Positions 1-14,000 of a stretch of 64,000 nucleotides of DNA are shown here, one piece after another. Numbering within the stretch: position 1 is the stretch's first letter; every line of letters begins with the position of its first letter. The notes beneath the pieces were generated by a model that did no database searches, had not been told where the DNA came from, and saw nothing but the letters and a program-made list of their open reading frames with translations. Position numbers and translations under genes: made by a program. Source of the stretch: Chlorokybus atmophyticus (lineage: Eukaryota > Plantae > Mesostigma and Chlorokybus algae); assembly GCA_009103225.1 (NCBI GenBank), contig RHPI01000890.1, positions 80,544 through 144,543 of the forward strand, in the 5' to 3' direction.

Positions 1-94
1 TGGCATCATCACAAAGGCATATCAGTGCTACTGCTTTGGTACCCACAAGTGTTGAACCAATAAGTCATGTCTGTTCAATGTTTGAGCCACTTAC

Positions 95-2902
95 CTGCGA
101 TGGGATCATAACGGAAGAATGGGCGTTCTACAGTGGTGTGCGTTTTCAGGCACTCGATAGAGCCCTCTAAATCACAGGTGATGTCCGCAACACCAAACAA
201 GCGTGTGCGCGATTGGTGGGCATCTGCCTCATCCCTCGGCTGGTGCAACAAAGTCAGTGCCACATGGCTGCTACCATCTCTTGAGGCATTGGCGTATGTG
301 AATAACGCTACCACTCACCTGGGTGTGCCTTGACTCTAATTGCTTCAACTGCTCGTTTGACAACAGTTTCGGGAAGCGATATTCCCAATACATGCAGTTG
401 ATAACTGCAGATATGTATGGCGCCACTCGCTCATGAAACACGGGCCGATAGCGCTCAGGAAACTCTGCACAAGGGTGAATACCATAAGATAACAAGCTTG
501 CACATGTAACATGGGCATATGTCACACACCGTAGTACTCTGCTTTATCGAACGTTGCCGACGGGTCCACTGGGGCCACCATGTGCTCGGCGGTGATGATG
601 GTGCCATACAGCACATTCTCGCCGTACAGATTTCGTCTGGTGGCGATGTTAGGCAGCTCCTCTGTCGACACCATCTTGTGCGGGAGCAGTTTGAATAACT
701 CAATTGCTCCGGAAGACACTACAGGACCAAAACTGCAACAGCATCAGCACCAGACTGCAATTACATTGATCATTGATTATTGATTGAGTGCATGGATACC
801 AACTACAAACACATGTGCACACGCACACACAGCCACTGAGATGGTTTATCAACTTCCGTAACATTACCTCGCCCGGTGCCGGTGAAAGCGAAGACGAGGG
901 GGCTCAAAGCAGGCGGCAGGCCTTGCGATGCAATGGCTTCGCCAACGGCTATCACCGCGGCTTTTGCGGCGGACAGCGACGGGTACATGTATGCGGATCC
1001 CATCGCAAGAAACGGTGTGGAGTAGCCCAGCGCCAACAAACCTGAGACAGCTACTTGCTTAGGACGGCACCAGCAGAGCAAAAGGTTCTGTGTCTGTACT
1101 TGTATGTATGTGTGCGCGTGTTTATGTGCCTGTTTCTGAGCCTGGAGCACAGCCATTTACTCATGCACAGTGATTGTGTGCGTGCACCCTGCCTATGTGT
1201 ATGCATGTGCGTGCTTGCATGTGTGCGTCTGATCGCAGAATACATAGCTGTGTGCAATGGGTGCGTGCGGGTGAGAGTATGCATGTGATCATGTGGGGGT
1301 GCATGCGTGTTGGTCCACAGATATGCACGTGCGCACACATGTACATGTAACCATGTGGGGTGCACATGCTTACGTTCTCCCAACCCCCGCAGAAAATCTA
1401 TCATTCCAGCTCGGCCCGCGAATGCTCCAAACGCCACAAGCCTTCGCTTGTTCTTGTCCACGATGCATTCATAGTCGTATAGAGCAACTCGTTTCTGCAG
1501 CACCTGGAGCAACACATCTCGTTTTGCGTGCTGAGCATGGTCGGCAATCGAGACCACGCAACACGACACAGCAAACACTGGTGGTGAGCACGTGTACTTG
1601 CATGCATCCATGAGCATGTGTGCGTGCATGTGTCAGCTTATGTGGCAGCGTTTCATGCGAGCAACATTATGTGGGGGCAGTGCTTCAACAGTCCGCAGAG
1701 GAGGACTGGAAAGTTATTGTTAACACTTGGAGACTGACACAATAGTGGAAACATTTGCCAACGTTGCCACCATTAGCACGCCAAACTTGTTAGCAAGCAC
1801 TTATGTAGTACATACGCAATGTCTACGGGCACCATGCGCATGACATGACGTGCACGCATATGTTCATGTTTGGTACCTCGTCCAGCACAGGAAAGTTTTG
1901 TGGCTGCGCCTTCACAGTGTGGGAGAAAAACATGTACGACCTGCCCGGCAGAAGGCTCCCCACCTGTGCAGTTCATTTATCACAAGAGAGCCTATGGTTA
2001 CACTTACGTAATTGCTTATCGCAGACATGCATGCTGTTGTGAGTGCACGTGTGTATGAGCAAATTATTGAACAATGTGCTTTGCTTGAAACCAGCATGTG
2101 CGCGCAAGTATGCACACTTGCGCGCAAAAGTCGTGCGTGCTGGTGGTCATCGCCTTGCAACAATAGTAACATGTGCACGAGTACACACACAATTACACAC
2201 ATGGGCACAAGTACCAGCGGTTGCTTGACGCCCAGGATGGTGCCGCAAGGCGAGAGATCATCAGACACTTCGCAGCCGGCATCGGCGTACTGAGCATCGG
2301 AGTGGATGCGCTTCGTGCACGGCTGCACGACGATCCGCACTACTGCACCGTCGCGCAGCAGCCGTGCGCAGTGCGACGGCGTCAGCGGCGCCCTCCTCTC
2401 CCACTTCAACCTTGCCTGGGGTGGGGAGTATTCAGTAATGCTACAGTGCTCTCTCAATTCAATGGCTTCCCTATTGGTCAATTGTTACGGACATTGCTGT
2501 TGAATACTACTATACTTGCTGTTTGTCGCATTGCATGACTTCGTCTTAGTTGCTTCAATTGCACATGAATAGTAGAATCAGGGTTTGAGGCGACAAGCAA
2601 GTTTGAGCAAGCTGGAGCCAAGCCATTGCTACTTTAACCCGCGACTATCTTATTGTTTGCCCCATTTGCATGCAACGCTAGCTGCTAATCAACAAGAATG
2701 CACACGATCATCCGCCGCACAGATTGGTGTGACAGATAGTTGAGCTGTCTTCAACATCAGGTGCTAAGTTTTCCGCAACACAGTGCAATGCAATGCCGCT
2801 CTCAGTGGTGGTGACAGCACACAACCGGCTGTAATTGACCAAACCCCTCACCTCGCGAAGAATGCCGAGCACGCCGTTGCCGATCACCACTTCACTGGAC
2901 AT
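95..2902 (-). CDS. LKR/SDH: Bifunctional lysine-ketoglutarate reductase/saccharopine dehydrogenase (alpha-aminoadipic semialdehyde synthase), 5' part; gene continues beyond the left window edge
   Basis: In-phase GT-AG exons give MSSEVVIGNGVLGILRE|ARLKWERRAPLTPSHCARLL...GVKQP|...RSYMFFSHTVKAQ|...LYDYECIVDKNKRRLVAFGAFAGRAGMIDFLRGLGER|...FLAMGSAYMYPSL|...FKLLPH|...INCMYWE..FPKLLS|...GVADITCDLEGSIE..TTVERPFFRYDP, matching the plant LKR N-terminal domain. ATG at 2902-2900. Confidence 0.95.
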
Positions 2903-4213
2903 CGCAGGTGCTACCTGCCCAGCAACGCCTGCCTGAGCCATCATCCTACGCTCCTCACAACGGGCACTGCCCCAAGGCTAGCCCCACGCTACCGCCTGCA
3001 CGCCGAATCAACGCATGGAAGCTCTACCACAAGTGAAAACCCACCGACACCTGCTCACACTCTTGCCCCCGCCCCCGCCGTCGCCGTGCAGATCGTCCTT
3101 CCTGACAACGGCGACGCTGCTGCTGGGGCAGACACTGGCAGGCCCGCCCTTTTCCCCCAACGAGCGTGGTGTCAGCGTGCGTGGCGGGTCGGTAGTTCGG
3201 TTCAGCCCGTGCGTGTGTCGCGGTCAGCATGGCCGCCGCGCTGATGTGGCACTGGGGTGGCAATGCACAGGACACCCTCCTAATAAGGGGTTGGGCATCA
3301 TTTGCATCAAGCTGACCATTGCTGGAATGACATGATTTGATGGTGTGACCATAATTATAGAACGTAACACACCATGTACATAAAACGGTATGCTTGCCTA
3401 CTTCAATTTTGGCTTTCTTGTTAGTACATATTATCACAGCTATAACGATAAACATCATTACAATTATATCATTGTTGATTTAATTTAAATAATGCTATTT
3501 GATGTTTCCAATTATTTCAGATTAATCTACGATGATGACCTTGACGTTGATCTATTACTAGTATATAGACCGCAAATTATTACTTTAATATACTATACGG
3601 GTGAGTATGGTTTACGATGGTACAAGTATTGACGTGGATAAACAATACCATAGTATTAAAGAAAGGGCATTCTCTTATTCATGCCTTCTACGTGAATGTC
3701 ACCATTGTACGACACAAGCATCTCTAGAAGCAAAATCCGTGAACGCCATGTTGCTCTGCATGTACACGAGTGCACGATGGTGTGACAATAATAACATGGC
3801 AATTGGTTGTGAAAAAAGGGTCACAATGTTATCAACATGTCACTTTGTTAGAATAAATAACTACATGTAGTTATTGTCATCGTGATATTTGTATGTGTGT
3901 TGGAAATCTATCTCTACATTACTGGGCAATTGCACATCACATAAATTTATGTGCGCATGACTCTTACATGTACATTTACAACTGTTTCACGTATGCAAGT
4001 GCTTGTTTTTGGAACATCACCATCTGTGGTTTCAACTCTGCATTGCATCTGACTGGTTAGTGCTAAAGGCACAATGTCGTATAAATGGCACGTGGCTCCT
4101 TATATGGCAGCTGCAACGACTTTCGCTGTCATATCATAGTTGACAAGACGCTGGTGTCATACACAATCAACCACAAAGCGGTAAGGGTGGCATAGCAAGT
4201 TGCTGTTAGTTTA

Positions 4214-4258
4214 ATATTATTATTATTATTGTTGTTATTATTACTATTATTATTATTA
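4214..4258. repeat. (TTA/TTG)n microsatellite
   Basis: tattattattatt-gttg-ttattattactattattattatta in an AT-rich intergenic stretch. Confidence 0.85.
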
Positions 4259-4729
4259 CAATTAATAAATTGACTAGCAGCGGTCACGTACTTAACCAGT
4301 GTAGTCAATCGATTCACTTGGTTTGATAATCCGGTTTTAGCAGCTTTGGCGAATACTTGCTGGCCCCACAGCCACAACCATCGCCAACCCCACACAGCCC
4401 TCAGTCCCCAACCCATACATACCATGACAATCAAGTTCAAGGTATGTGATCAGCATCACCATACCAATAAACTTGGCATGACACAAGTCGGGTTGTGTCA
4501 AGAAGTCTCATGACATTTGAAGGTGAAGCACATAATGGACTCGGTGGCCTCCGAGTGAACTGAGTTCATGCCTTGCATCACACATCAACCAGTTGCCATT
4601 AACTCCTTCCGCTTACAATGATTGCAATGTAATCACACTTACATTGCACGACTCCTCAACCATCTACACTACACTACACATAACTACCCATACGCGTGCC
4701 AACCTGCAACTACGTAGCATGGTGCTTTT

Positions 4730-7406
4730 CTACCAGATACGCCGCTTGCGGCAATACTTGAGACTCGCACCCAACACGATTGCCGAGATGACCAACACGG
4801 ACGCGCTCGCTATGGGGAAGGCGTAGGGGTTGTTCTCCATATGGGTAACAAGGTTCATGCCTGTGAGTGCGACAGCTGTCAATGCTATGTGAATCACGCA
4901 TATTCGCACTGCCTTGAGCGAGTGACAATACATTTCATAAGAGAGGAGAACAAACTCACCAAACACGCCAGTGACAACAGCACCGCACGCGACGGCAAAG
5001 GTTGCGATGGTGAAGAAGAGCTCCGTCTTGATGAGCGTATTGCGCGCGCTGCATCAGCGGTGCACACGCAATGACCTTTCCATTCTCGAAAAAATCATCA
5101 ACAACGAAATGTCAATTTTTATCATTGAAGACACAGCTTGTACCTTGCCAGCATCAAGCGGACAGCCTCCTCAGTGGCAGAGACGTTGCGGTGAATCCCG
5201 TGGATCGTGATGGCGGTCTCACTGACTCTTTTGAGCATGGTTTCAAGCAATTCCTCCATCTGCGCGCAGCGCACAAAGGCAACAACATGAGGCTAAACTC
5301 CTCTGCACACAAACACCGCAGCCCTGAATGGTGTATACTTACTTCTTGGTGTTGGTCTGTCCTCCTTTGGTGCCCGGCACTTGTCTTGACTGTAAGGTAC
5401 ATTGCAGCCATGTCCTGAACGCATGTAGCACAACAGTCTATGTCAGCAAGTACTGTCGACCCACATATCCTAGGCCCATCAGAAATACAGATGACCAATG
5501 TGGCAGCACAGCTGACTCAATTAGTCAGAAGTTGTTGGGTGGCATCATCTCACCTCATCGTTTTTGAGCAGCTCATCAAGTGCGGCTTTGAGTTGGTTCA
5601 CTTCATTCTCAAGCTCAGCAAGCCTGCCAGCTTACGCCAGTGGCAGTGAAAGTCAATCAATCTGTCCTATGCGGAATAGTGCACAGTACTGTGTCATGCA
5701 AACAGGCATGCAACACAACATACACACAACACGCACTCTGTCTTGAGTGGCAGCAACTCCTGCGTCCCAATCAGATCCGCCCCCTCTGCATGCTTGGCCA
5801 TCAGCTTTAGAATGGGCCCAACTTGTGCCTCTATAGCCTGCATGCATACGTGTGACAACACATCAGAAGTGCAAAGCATAGCCACGGCGCAGCCTATCAC
5901 TCAGCAATAACAGTGCACGCACATGCACACGTATGCATGCAAACAGCACACGTGTGTGCCAGAGAAAAGCTTGTAGTTACCAAAGCCCCACCTCAGCGCG
6001 CCGTTTGAGTTCTTCACACGCGTAGTCTAGCAGAGCTTCCAAAGCACGAAACTCAAACGGCGCCACCGGTTGCCCTTCCCATCCGACCGAAGCATCAGAC
6101 AGCTTGGACATCAACTGCTCCACTCTGCACAGATAACCATTGCATTGCACATACCAATCACACAAATTACACAAAAAGTAACCACCACATGCATGCATGA
6201 GCGCGACAACTTTCCAGCATGCATGAACACATAGTCACAGACACACATACATCGGGCTTTTCATGTCCAAAGGCTCCAGCAGCAGCATGCGCCTGGCGAA
6301 TATCATCGCCTTGACTGCCAGCAGGTTCACGAGGATGGCTGATTGGCGCACCGTGATAGTGAATATCTGTTGAGTTAGCAGGTCAGTGCCACACAAATGT
6401 ACATATGAAGCAAGAACCAACCCTTGTAAAATTGCCTTCCCACCTCGTCGGGGAAAGTGGGGTCGATGACGCGCAAGTCTCGCCGCTGAAGCCCGCCTTC
6501 CATGCATAGCTCTGGCCTAAGACAGACCAATCTCATTAACACCAGGGATTAACACGAACATGTGATGGTTGCTGCACGTCTCACGTCATGCGTACACGTC
6601 AATGCTAATAGCTATAGAAGTTGTACGATTAGCAGCAGCACTATCAGCAACGCATTGCGTCCAAACTGCTATGTCCCACGATAGCTTACTGTTTGACTAA
6701 GGGTTGATTTGTTCGAGGAGTGTGCTTAGAGTGATCAAAGCTTTTCCATTTCACTTGCGGCAAGCGAAGAAGGTTGTTTTACTTAACCACAACCACAAGC
6801 AACAACAAGCTGAAGCAAGCAACTAGTGGCAGTGTATCTACTGAGAATAAAGCCGAATGGACGACATCACAGAAGCCTAAGCAAGAAGCAAGCCAAGGAG
6901 TCAAACCTGGTGAAGACTGTGAGGTAGGGTCCATGCGGTGGCAGCTCCTGCAGCTGCAAGGCGTGGACCTTTTGGTTGTTGGACGGGCCTGCGGCGAGCA
7001 CCTCGGCTGCCCTGCTGGAGGAGGAGGTGGAGATGGAGGTGAAGGTGGAGGAGGAGGTGCAGGAGGAGCCTTGAAGCTGTCTCACATGCACCAAGCTTGC
7101 AGCTGATAGTGTTGAAGTGGAGAGCTGCTGCCCAGCGCAGGCGGCGAGCGGCCACAAGGAGGAGGAGGAGGAGGAGCTGACGCCTGACGACAATATTAAC
7201 AAGCTTGGTCGACTGTGCAGCACCCGACTGAGCGTGCTGCTGGCCACGGACCAGCTGCAGCCTGGTCCTTGGTGCTGGGCTTGGCGAGCAGCAGTGGTAG
7301 CGACGCCAGTGAATGCCTTCCACAGGGAATGACTGAAACCGCCTCCACAGCCGTGTGAGGCTCTCCCCGCCCTTGCAACAGCTGCCACCACCGCCAAGGC
7401 GGCCAT
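4730..7406 (-). CDS. MRS2: MRS2/CorA-family magnesium transporter with long N-terminal organellar (probably mitochondrial) targeting region
   Basis: Exons encode LQRRDLRVIDP, PFEFRALEALLDYAC, LKAALDELLKNDE|DMAAMYLT, MEELLETML, ARNTLIKTELFFTIATFAVACGAVVTGVF|GMNL (signature GMN motif) and a final TM helix ending RKRRIW* at 4730. The start at MAALAVVAAVARAG (7406) and the exons between 6520 and 6900 are less certain. Confidence 0.9.
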
Positions 7407-8789
7407 GTGCGAGGGCGCAACAACTGCAGCTGGCAGGGGCTGAGAGTCAACTAACAGTTTTGCAGAGCTTGGTGCATACACTGCACACAAGTTGCCTTTA
7501 ACACGGCATGATCACTACCAGGCCATGCACAGCATCCAGGGGCAGGGAATGTGGACCATAATTTTGGTTTTTGCGTACGGCACAATGCATGCTGTACTTG
7601 CTAGCGTTACGGATTATGGTTGTACATAGTAACTTGACAGTGACATGAATTGAACCTCTTAGCAACATACTGATAGTGTTTGCAGTTATGGTCCGTTCTC
7701 GCGCTGACACCAACACATGCGCGCTTCCAACAAACAGCAATACCAACAACTGAGACCGACAACTATGGCCAAAGAAGTGTTTCATGTTGGTGTAAGCATG
7801 AACGCTAACCACACTATGACGGCATGTGCGCACCGTACATAGCAGTGATGGTTCAATGACATATGACAACAACTATAAGCACAACACCAGGAAGGGTATA
7901 TGTACCAATGAATGCAATGCAGGATTATGTCCAATAACACTGCTGGGTACTTTCAGATAACAGTTGCCAGGAACAACTGATGTTTGTAAATGCTGTTGGC
8001 ACAAAGCAAAACAGCCCACTAATGGCTATTCACTCAGCTAGCATGCAGTCAATGGTCTGAATCTAACTGCTAGCGCAGTCGCTTGGCCGAAGCAGCGCCG
8101 TACTTGCAAAAGCAACAGCGGCACAACACCCTCACCGCCGCCCTCGAACTGATGTTCCATCCTGTAACAACATGCGTATCAGTCAAACCACATGTGAGAA
8201 GAAGCCTGACTTGACATGGGGCTACACGTGCAACGAACTGCTCCGCTCAGATTCCAAATTATGCTCACCGCTGCATAGCAGCTCGACAGTCTAACATGTA
8301 CTTGGTGTGTGTAACATCATAGCGGGCTGTTGAAGCAAACAACAGTAAAATAATTATCAGGCCTCAGACGCGAATAGACTGTGCCACAGCGAACAAGGCG
8401 ATCTAACTGGTAGGTTCTCCTGCAAAGCAGGTCCAGCCAACGCCTTTGCTGACACTCTCGAGTAGTTGACATCACCGGCCGACCATGCACGTAGACACAA
8501 TTATAAGATACACAAACAGGTTGTTTACTTGAGTTACCACGCAGGTAGTCTGACCACTGGTCCTGTGCTCAGAAGCCAAGCGTGTGTGTTACATCTAGCC
8601 CAGGCGCCTCACCCCGCGCCTGCTATCAAACACAGTCCTGCATCACGGCACGGCAACACCAGTGGTCAGACTACTTGCTCGTGATGTAAGTTGCACGCAC
8701 TGCAGTAACACATAAACAGCCAGAATGCTGACAAAGGACATAGTGGCTGCTCAGCTGCTTTAGTTATCAATCAAATGGTTCAGCACCGT

Positions 8790-10579
8790 AGTAATAGCAA
8801 GAAGCATCAATGCAGCCACTTGCGGCATCCGAGCCACACATGGTCAATGACTACAAACACCAAAGCATGTGCTAAAGTATTTTGCACACCAACAACTGAC
8901 ATGCTTACCTGACGTGCTTACGGGCCCATGCACCATGTCACCAGGTGTGATGCAACTCTTAATGACTGTCCCACACTGGCGCTGAAAGACCTGCAATGTG
9001 CACAAGCATTGTGAGTGTCCCACATCTTTCGTCTCAGAGAAGCATAGCGCTGAACCAAGATAGCGGGACATGGGTGCTGTGGTGATTGGACAAAGGCTCT
9101 TCAACTCCCGTCCAACCGCAACGCTGTAAGCTTGAGGGAACGGGCCCATAGACATTGACAGCCAGCAGGCCAACTAAGAAGCTTGAAACTACACAAACAG
9201 TATCTACACGGTGCCTCGGCAAGAGAGTTATGGATATGTCATAGGGTTAACCTCCATCACAATAAACATCGTCATCGGCACAGTACCAATAAACAACCAC
9301 TGCCACTACACATCTCGCCATACCTTGTTAGAAGACGGTCTGCGGTGAAGTCAATGCGGTAAGGGTGTTCAGGCTTTGCGCCTTGGCATCATTGCATATC
9401 TACGGGGCAGAAAAGTAAGGACTGTTAGCTTCAGCATGTATGCAACACATGGACACTTGCTGCCGAGCTAGTCTTTATGTCTAGACTGGTGGCACCCTTG
9501 AGCGATCAGAAAACTTTGAAGACTATATGGTTTGATCAACATCCACGCATGTCTGAAGCAAGTATCCTCATCTCGCCAGGGTTGCATACAACAGAATGCT
9601 TGAGCAGCATCATGCAAAGAGCTTCAATGAGAAGCAGCTACCATACTATACCAGCAGTGACTGCAAGAAGCTCAAGCATGTGCATGCAGAGTCGCCAGTC
9701 ATGGATCAGTTACTGGCATTGCCCCAACAGGCATAATAGCATTGCTGGAATCAGCGTCGATCATTTGGGGAAAGTGTCCTCATTTCCATGACAAGCACGA
9801 CAACCAGCTAAACCAACAAAGTGTAATACCTTTGGCATGGATGAGGCGGTCAGAGAAAGCGCCTTGCGCACATGCAAGACACCTCAACAGGACCAGGGCT
9901 AGGGCTGCAGCTTGCTTTGATCACATATCAAGCCTGTGTCTTGCAGCTGTGCCTGTTCAGAGAGCATACCTATTGGTTCAGCGGAGCATGCAAACAAGCC
10001 TATGAACAAAAGTAAGGGTTTGGTTAGTGGGAAATGTTGATCGCATGGTTTGTCCGACAGGGTAAAGGCGGCATAGCCGCTCCCTACGGCAATGGAATAT
10101 GCGACCCCGCCCTAATGGCAGGAGGCTGGAAGCCTACGACTACCGGGCATCACTGTGAAGACGTTTGTGCAGGGATTTACGCCGTGAAAGCCTGCGGAAG
10201 CAAAGCAGGACGCCCCAAACATACACATGGAAGCTGCCGCGGCCAGCAGCAGCAACCCCGTCTATGGTGACACGCTTCACTTACAAGCACGGGGAACAGC
10301 CTTAAGCTGCTCTGCATCACTGCATGCAAAAGCTGACAGTCAGCTTTTGCATGCAGTGATGCAGAGCAGCTTAAGAGGGCCACCAGCAGCATGGGCTCAA
10401 TGCGAAGATCACCAAACATTCTCTCTCTCGCAGCAAAGCCTTGTCTTCAATCAAGCATCCACTGGCAGACTGCAGCAGGGAGAGCTTACCATGAACTGCC
10501 TTACGCCGTTGCGCCAGTCCACCTTGAGGACATCGCTGTTGTAATGTAACGCATATAGGCGTACGACGGACGTCGCCAT
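8790..10579 (-). CDS. Putative multi-exon gene of unknown function
   Basis: Repeated good minus-strand splice sites (ATG|GTAAGC at ~10490, CAG|GTAAGC at ~8910) flank open stretches: MATSVVRLYALHYNSDVLKVDWRNGVRQFM, TGLLLLAAAASMCMFGASCFASAGFHGVNPCTNVFT, GGVAYSIAVGSGYAAF, PEHPYRIDFTADRLLTR, GPFPQAYSVAVGRELKSLCP, VFQRQCGTVIKSCITPGDMVHGP. No family recognised and the model is not fully phased. Confidence 0.35.
10301..10375. repeat. Perfect 37-1-37 inverted repeat bounded by CTTAAG at both ends
   Basis: cttaagctgctctgcatcactgcatgcaaaagctgac-a-gtcagcttttgcatgcagtgatgcagagcagcttaag; arms read as exact reverse complements. Confidence 0.95.
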
Positions 10580-10867
10580 GCTGACAGCGGCAGCGCCGGC
10601 GACGAGGTGCCCGCCAGCGCCGCCACAGCCGCCGGCATGCAACGCAAATGCACACTTCAGAATGGCGGCAGCGAAGGTCTGTTGATGTACCAAGAAGTTG
10701 CCCTGTTGTGAACAAATCAGGACTCCGCAGCGTGCGACACCAGCAGCATGCACCCTGCTTCTAGTACGACGCGGCACTGCTGGCTTACCGCGGCCTACTG
10801 TAAGACAGTAATATGTGCACCGTACCGTTGTTTTAACCACGTGTCAGAACAGTCATGCAGTTTCCCC

Positions 10868-11045
10868 CTAGTTGGCGGTGACAGCGCCGTCAGCGTCGTT
10901 GTTGTTGGCAGGGGATAGAACTAGGGTACTGGGTGAGGACCGTCCAGGCAATGATGTCGGTGCCGTTGCCGAGTTTGGAGCATGCCGTCGCGTCGGCAAT
11001 AAGGTTTGTGGCGCTACAATGCACGCAGCCAGCTGCGATACAGGT

Positions 11046-11087
<42 letters not shown>

Positions 11088-14000
11088 GTGTGTGTGTGTA
11101 GGATATATGACGTGCTGTTGTGCACAAGCATGCCACATCACTCAACCGTACCGCGTTACGCACGTCTAGTATAACCGGGGTCACGCTCATTCGCGTCACC
11201 CGCATCCATGACCGCCGTGGCCGGCGAGAGTAGCGCCGGCACTACCACTTCGCCTGCGGACGCGAGCACTCAAGCATGCGTGTATTAATACTTGCACACC
11301 ATGCGCACGCACCCACACTAACGCCCACACACTCACACACCCAGGAGCGAGCAAGCGTGGTCCACGAGAGCTCTGTCAGCCCGCAGATTGAGCAACTTGT
11401 TCAAGGTATCGTCCAATCACCTGCACATGGATTACTTAAACACACACCCAAGACACATGCGAGGTGTGAGAACTTCACAGTCTAACTGAGGGCAGCTTGC
11501 TGAAGCACTTCAAGTTGGCTGTCTCGAACTGGAGTGAGAGACAGGAACCATGATTGCTTGGTTGTCAGTTGGTCTTCAGCAAGGGGAGCAACTTGCGGCG
11601 GCGGCCTGGATAAAGTCAATGGTGTGCAGCACGGGGACAGTGCTCACTTGAGACTATTCGTACACAAGCGATGTGTTTGTTGACCATCTGAAATATGGCA
11701 GTGTACCAATCATGGAATCACGTAAGCGACTCTGCATATCAAGTATCAAAGCCAGCGTTTAACAAGTTGTCTCATGACTCGTGCATCATACACGTGGAAT
11801 GCGTACTAGAGTAAGCGACAATCGATCTGACAAGCTTGATGGTCGCTTTATGCTGGTCTTTCACCACTGCGCAAGCAACTTGCTCAGTAACAAGCCAATG
11901 CAAAAGTACGACCATATACTGTACTGCAGGGCCGTTGATTGCGGCACAGCGGCCATGCGTGGCTTCGTTAACATACATTGAACCAACCTGTTTAATAAGC
12001 AGTGCTAGTCTTGCACGCAGGGATGATTGCTTTTCCGCAATTGGTGGTAATTGCAGCTACTCCTCGCTGTAGTTGCTCCAGAGCGCTCATCGTCTTTGTT
12101 GAATCCTGCATGCAGTTCGTCAGTTCATCCCTCCATTCCTGGCAATGTCACATGCATAAAGTAGACAATTACTAGAAGACGTCACAAAGACGTCATACTG
12201 CACATGCAGTGAAGGCCCGTATACCTCAGCTGGTGGTTCCATGAGCTCCTCCTCTACACCGGCACGTAGGTCTCTCTCTCTCACTCACAGGCACACGCGC
12301 ATGCGCTTACAGTGCAGACATAACAACAGCATGTATGTATAGAGAGGTGAGGTGGCTCAGCCAGTGGCTGTCGCGTGTCGTAGCGCTGCTCTTTTTGCTG
12401 GTAAGGCTGTGAGTCGATGTGAGCATCTTGACTACCATGGTAGCTGGCATGTAGGGAGAGAGTAGGGGCCTTTCAGCGCAAACAGCCATAGGGGTGCCTT
12501 GAAAACTCCTGGAAAGCAATGCACGCTTTCGCAGCAGCACAAAAGACCACTTAGACTGCTCAATGAGCACAGTGTTGCGCTGAAATCCATCGACAACTTT
12601 GAATGCAGTACATTGCTAGCAGACAGTGGCACTGAGCAACCAGTTTGTCTCTAGCACCCACATTTTCTTAATTGCATGGCATGATTATGTTATTAGTAGA
12701 GCGTTTCCCAAGTAGGTTGTATGGCAAGAGTCAATGGTCGAATGTCGTTCACAGCATGCAGTGATGGTCAACCCTAGTAGCCAAGCAGCTCAGCTTGATG
12801 CATGGTGAATGGGTAGATAAGTATGTCCGTGCATGCGTATGTAAATGTAAGCAACGCATATGCGCTCTACATACATACACCAGACGCTCACATACTTTGC
12901 ATGCCATAGCCGCCAATGTTACGTCGCCAGCACCCCTCCTGGAGTTGCATTGGCTGTCGTATGCAAAATAGCTGAGCGTCCGGTGCATGTATGTAGAGCG
13001 ATGCTACCCTTGCTGGATGTGCACACACTGTGCATACAGTCCGACTGTCGGAGGATCCTCGGTGTCAAGTTGGTTGTTTGGCGTCATTATCCAGTTGGTA
13101 GAGCCTCGGCTTGTGAGATGTTATGTTGTGAGACACAATAGCTTGTATGTCGTACACAGCCTAATTGTCATCGAATAACAAGCATCGAGTAAGCGCAAGG
13201 TTGATGTTACCCCTACCCATACTACTTGTTGTTGCATTGCACGTTGCTCACACATCAACAGGATGTCCTCATGCAGGGCGTTTTGACACAATGCAGTCGA
13301 CTGTGGTCCAGCCCTGTCTAAAGAGATGGCCGAAGCAATTCTGACTCTCTCTCCCAAAGATCAGCACTTGGTTCCGCAAGTACATTGTTTAATGCGTTGA
13401 ACGACATCACTGGCATCACACGCTCATTCTTGAAGGCTTCCTAGTAACCAGCATGGTTTTCTCGCTTTACATGCACATGTCCACGTGGTATGATGACGAT
13501 GGGTGATTGCAGATGCTCAAGTAGTGGGCAACATGCAAAGTAGGTGAAGATGATCTCGCCTTTATACTCGCTTGGGACTACTCCGTCGTCCCCAAGTTCA
13601 TAAATGTCACAAACCGTCTCGCCGACCATCAGCCACCACAACCACATTGGATCTCAACCCTCCCTGGAAGTATAACAGTGGACTCGTTTATTCGCAACGT
13701 CGTGCTTTATCTGGCCCAGGTTGCGGGAATGTGATGGTAGCACCCAACAGTGTTGAGCAGTACTTTGGCGTGGCTATGTGCTTGCGAGACATCAAGCTTT
13801 GTGCAAGCGTGCATGAGCTCGCTCCCGGCAGCTTCGATGCTGGCTCATATGGGGATCATGAAGGATCGGCGCATGGCGCGTGCGACACACCTGTCTGCGT
13901 ACATGCCTCTCACTGATGCCATCAGCGTGTTTAGGTAGTTGAACACTTAGCTATTTGCATCAGTAGTTCTCTGTTTGCGGCCATGTTGGGCAAATATGAC

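Noticed and set aside
4320-4360. Shared ccggttttagc...gaatac motif with ~63840
   Set aside because: Too short and divergent to call a repeat family without alignment.
11400-11420. In-frame TGA as a possible selenocysteine
   Set aside because: No Cys/Sec redox motif in context and no SECIS identified. A true stop, mis-splice or pseudogene lesion is more likely.
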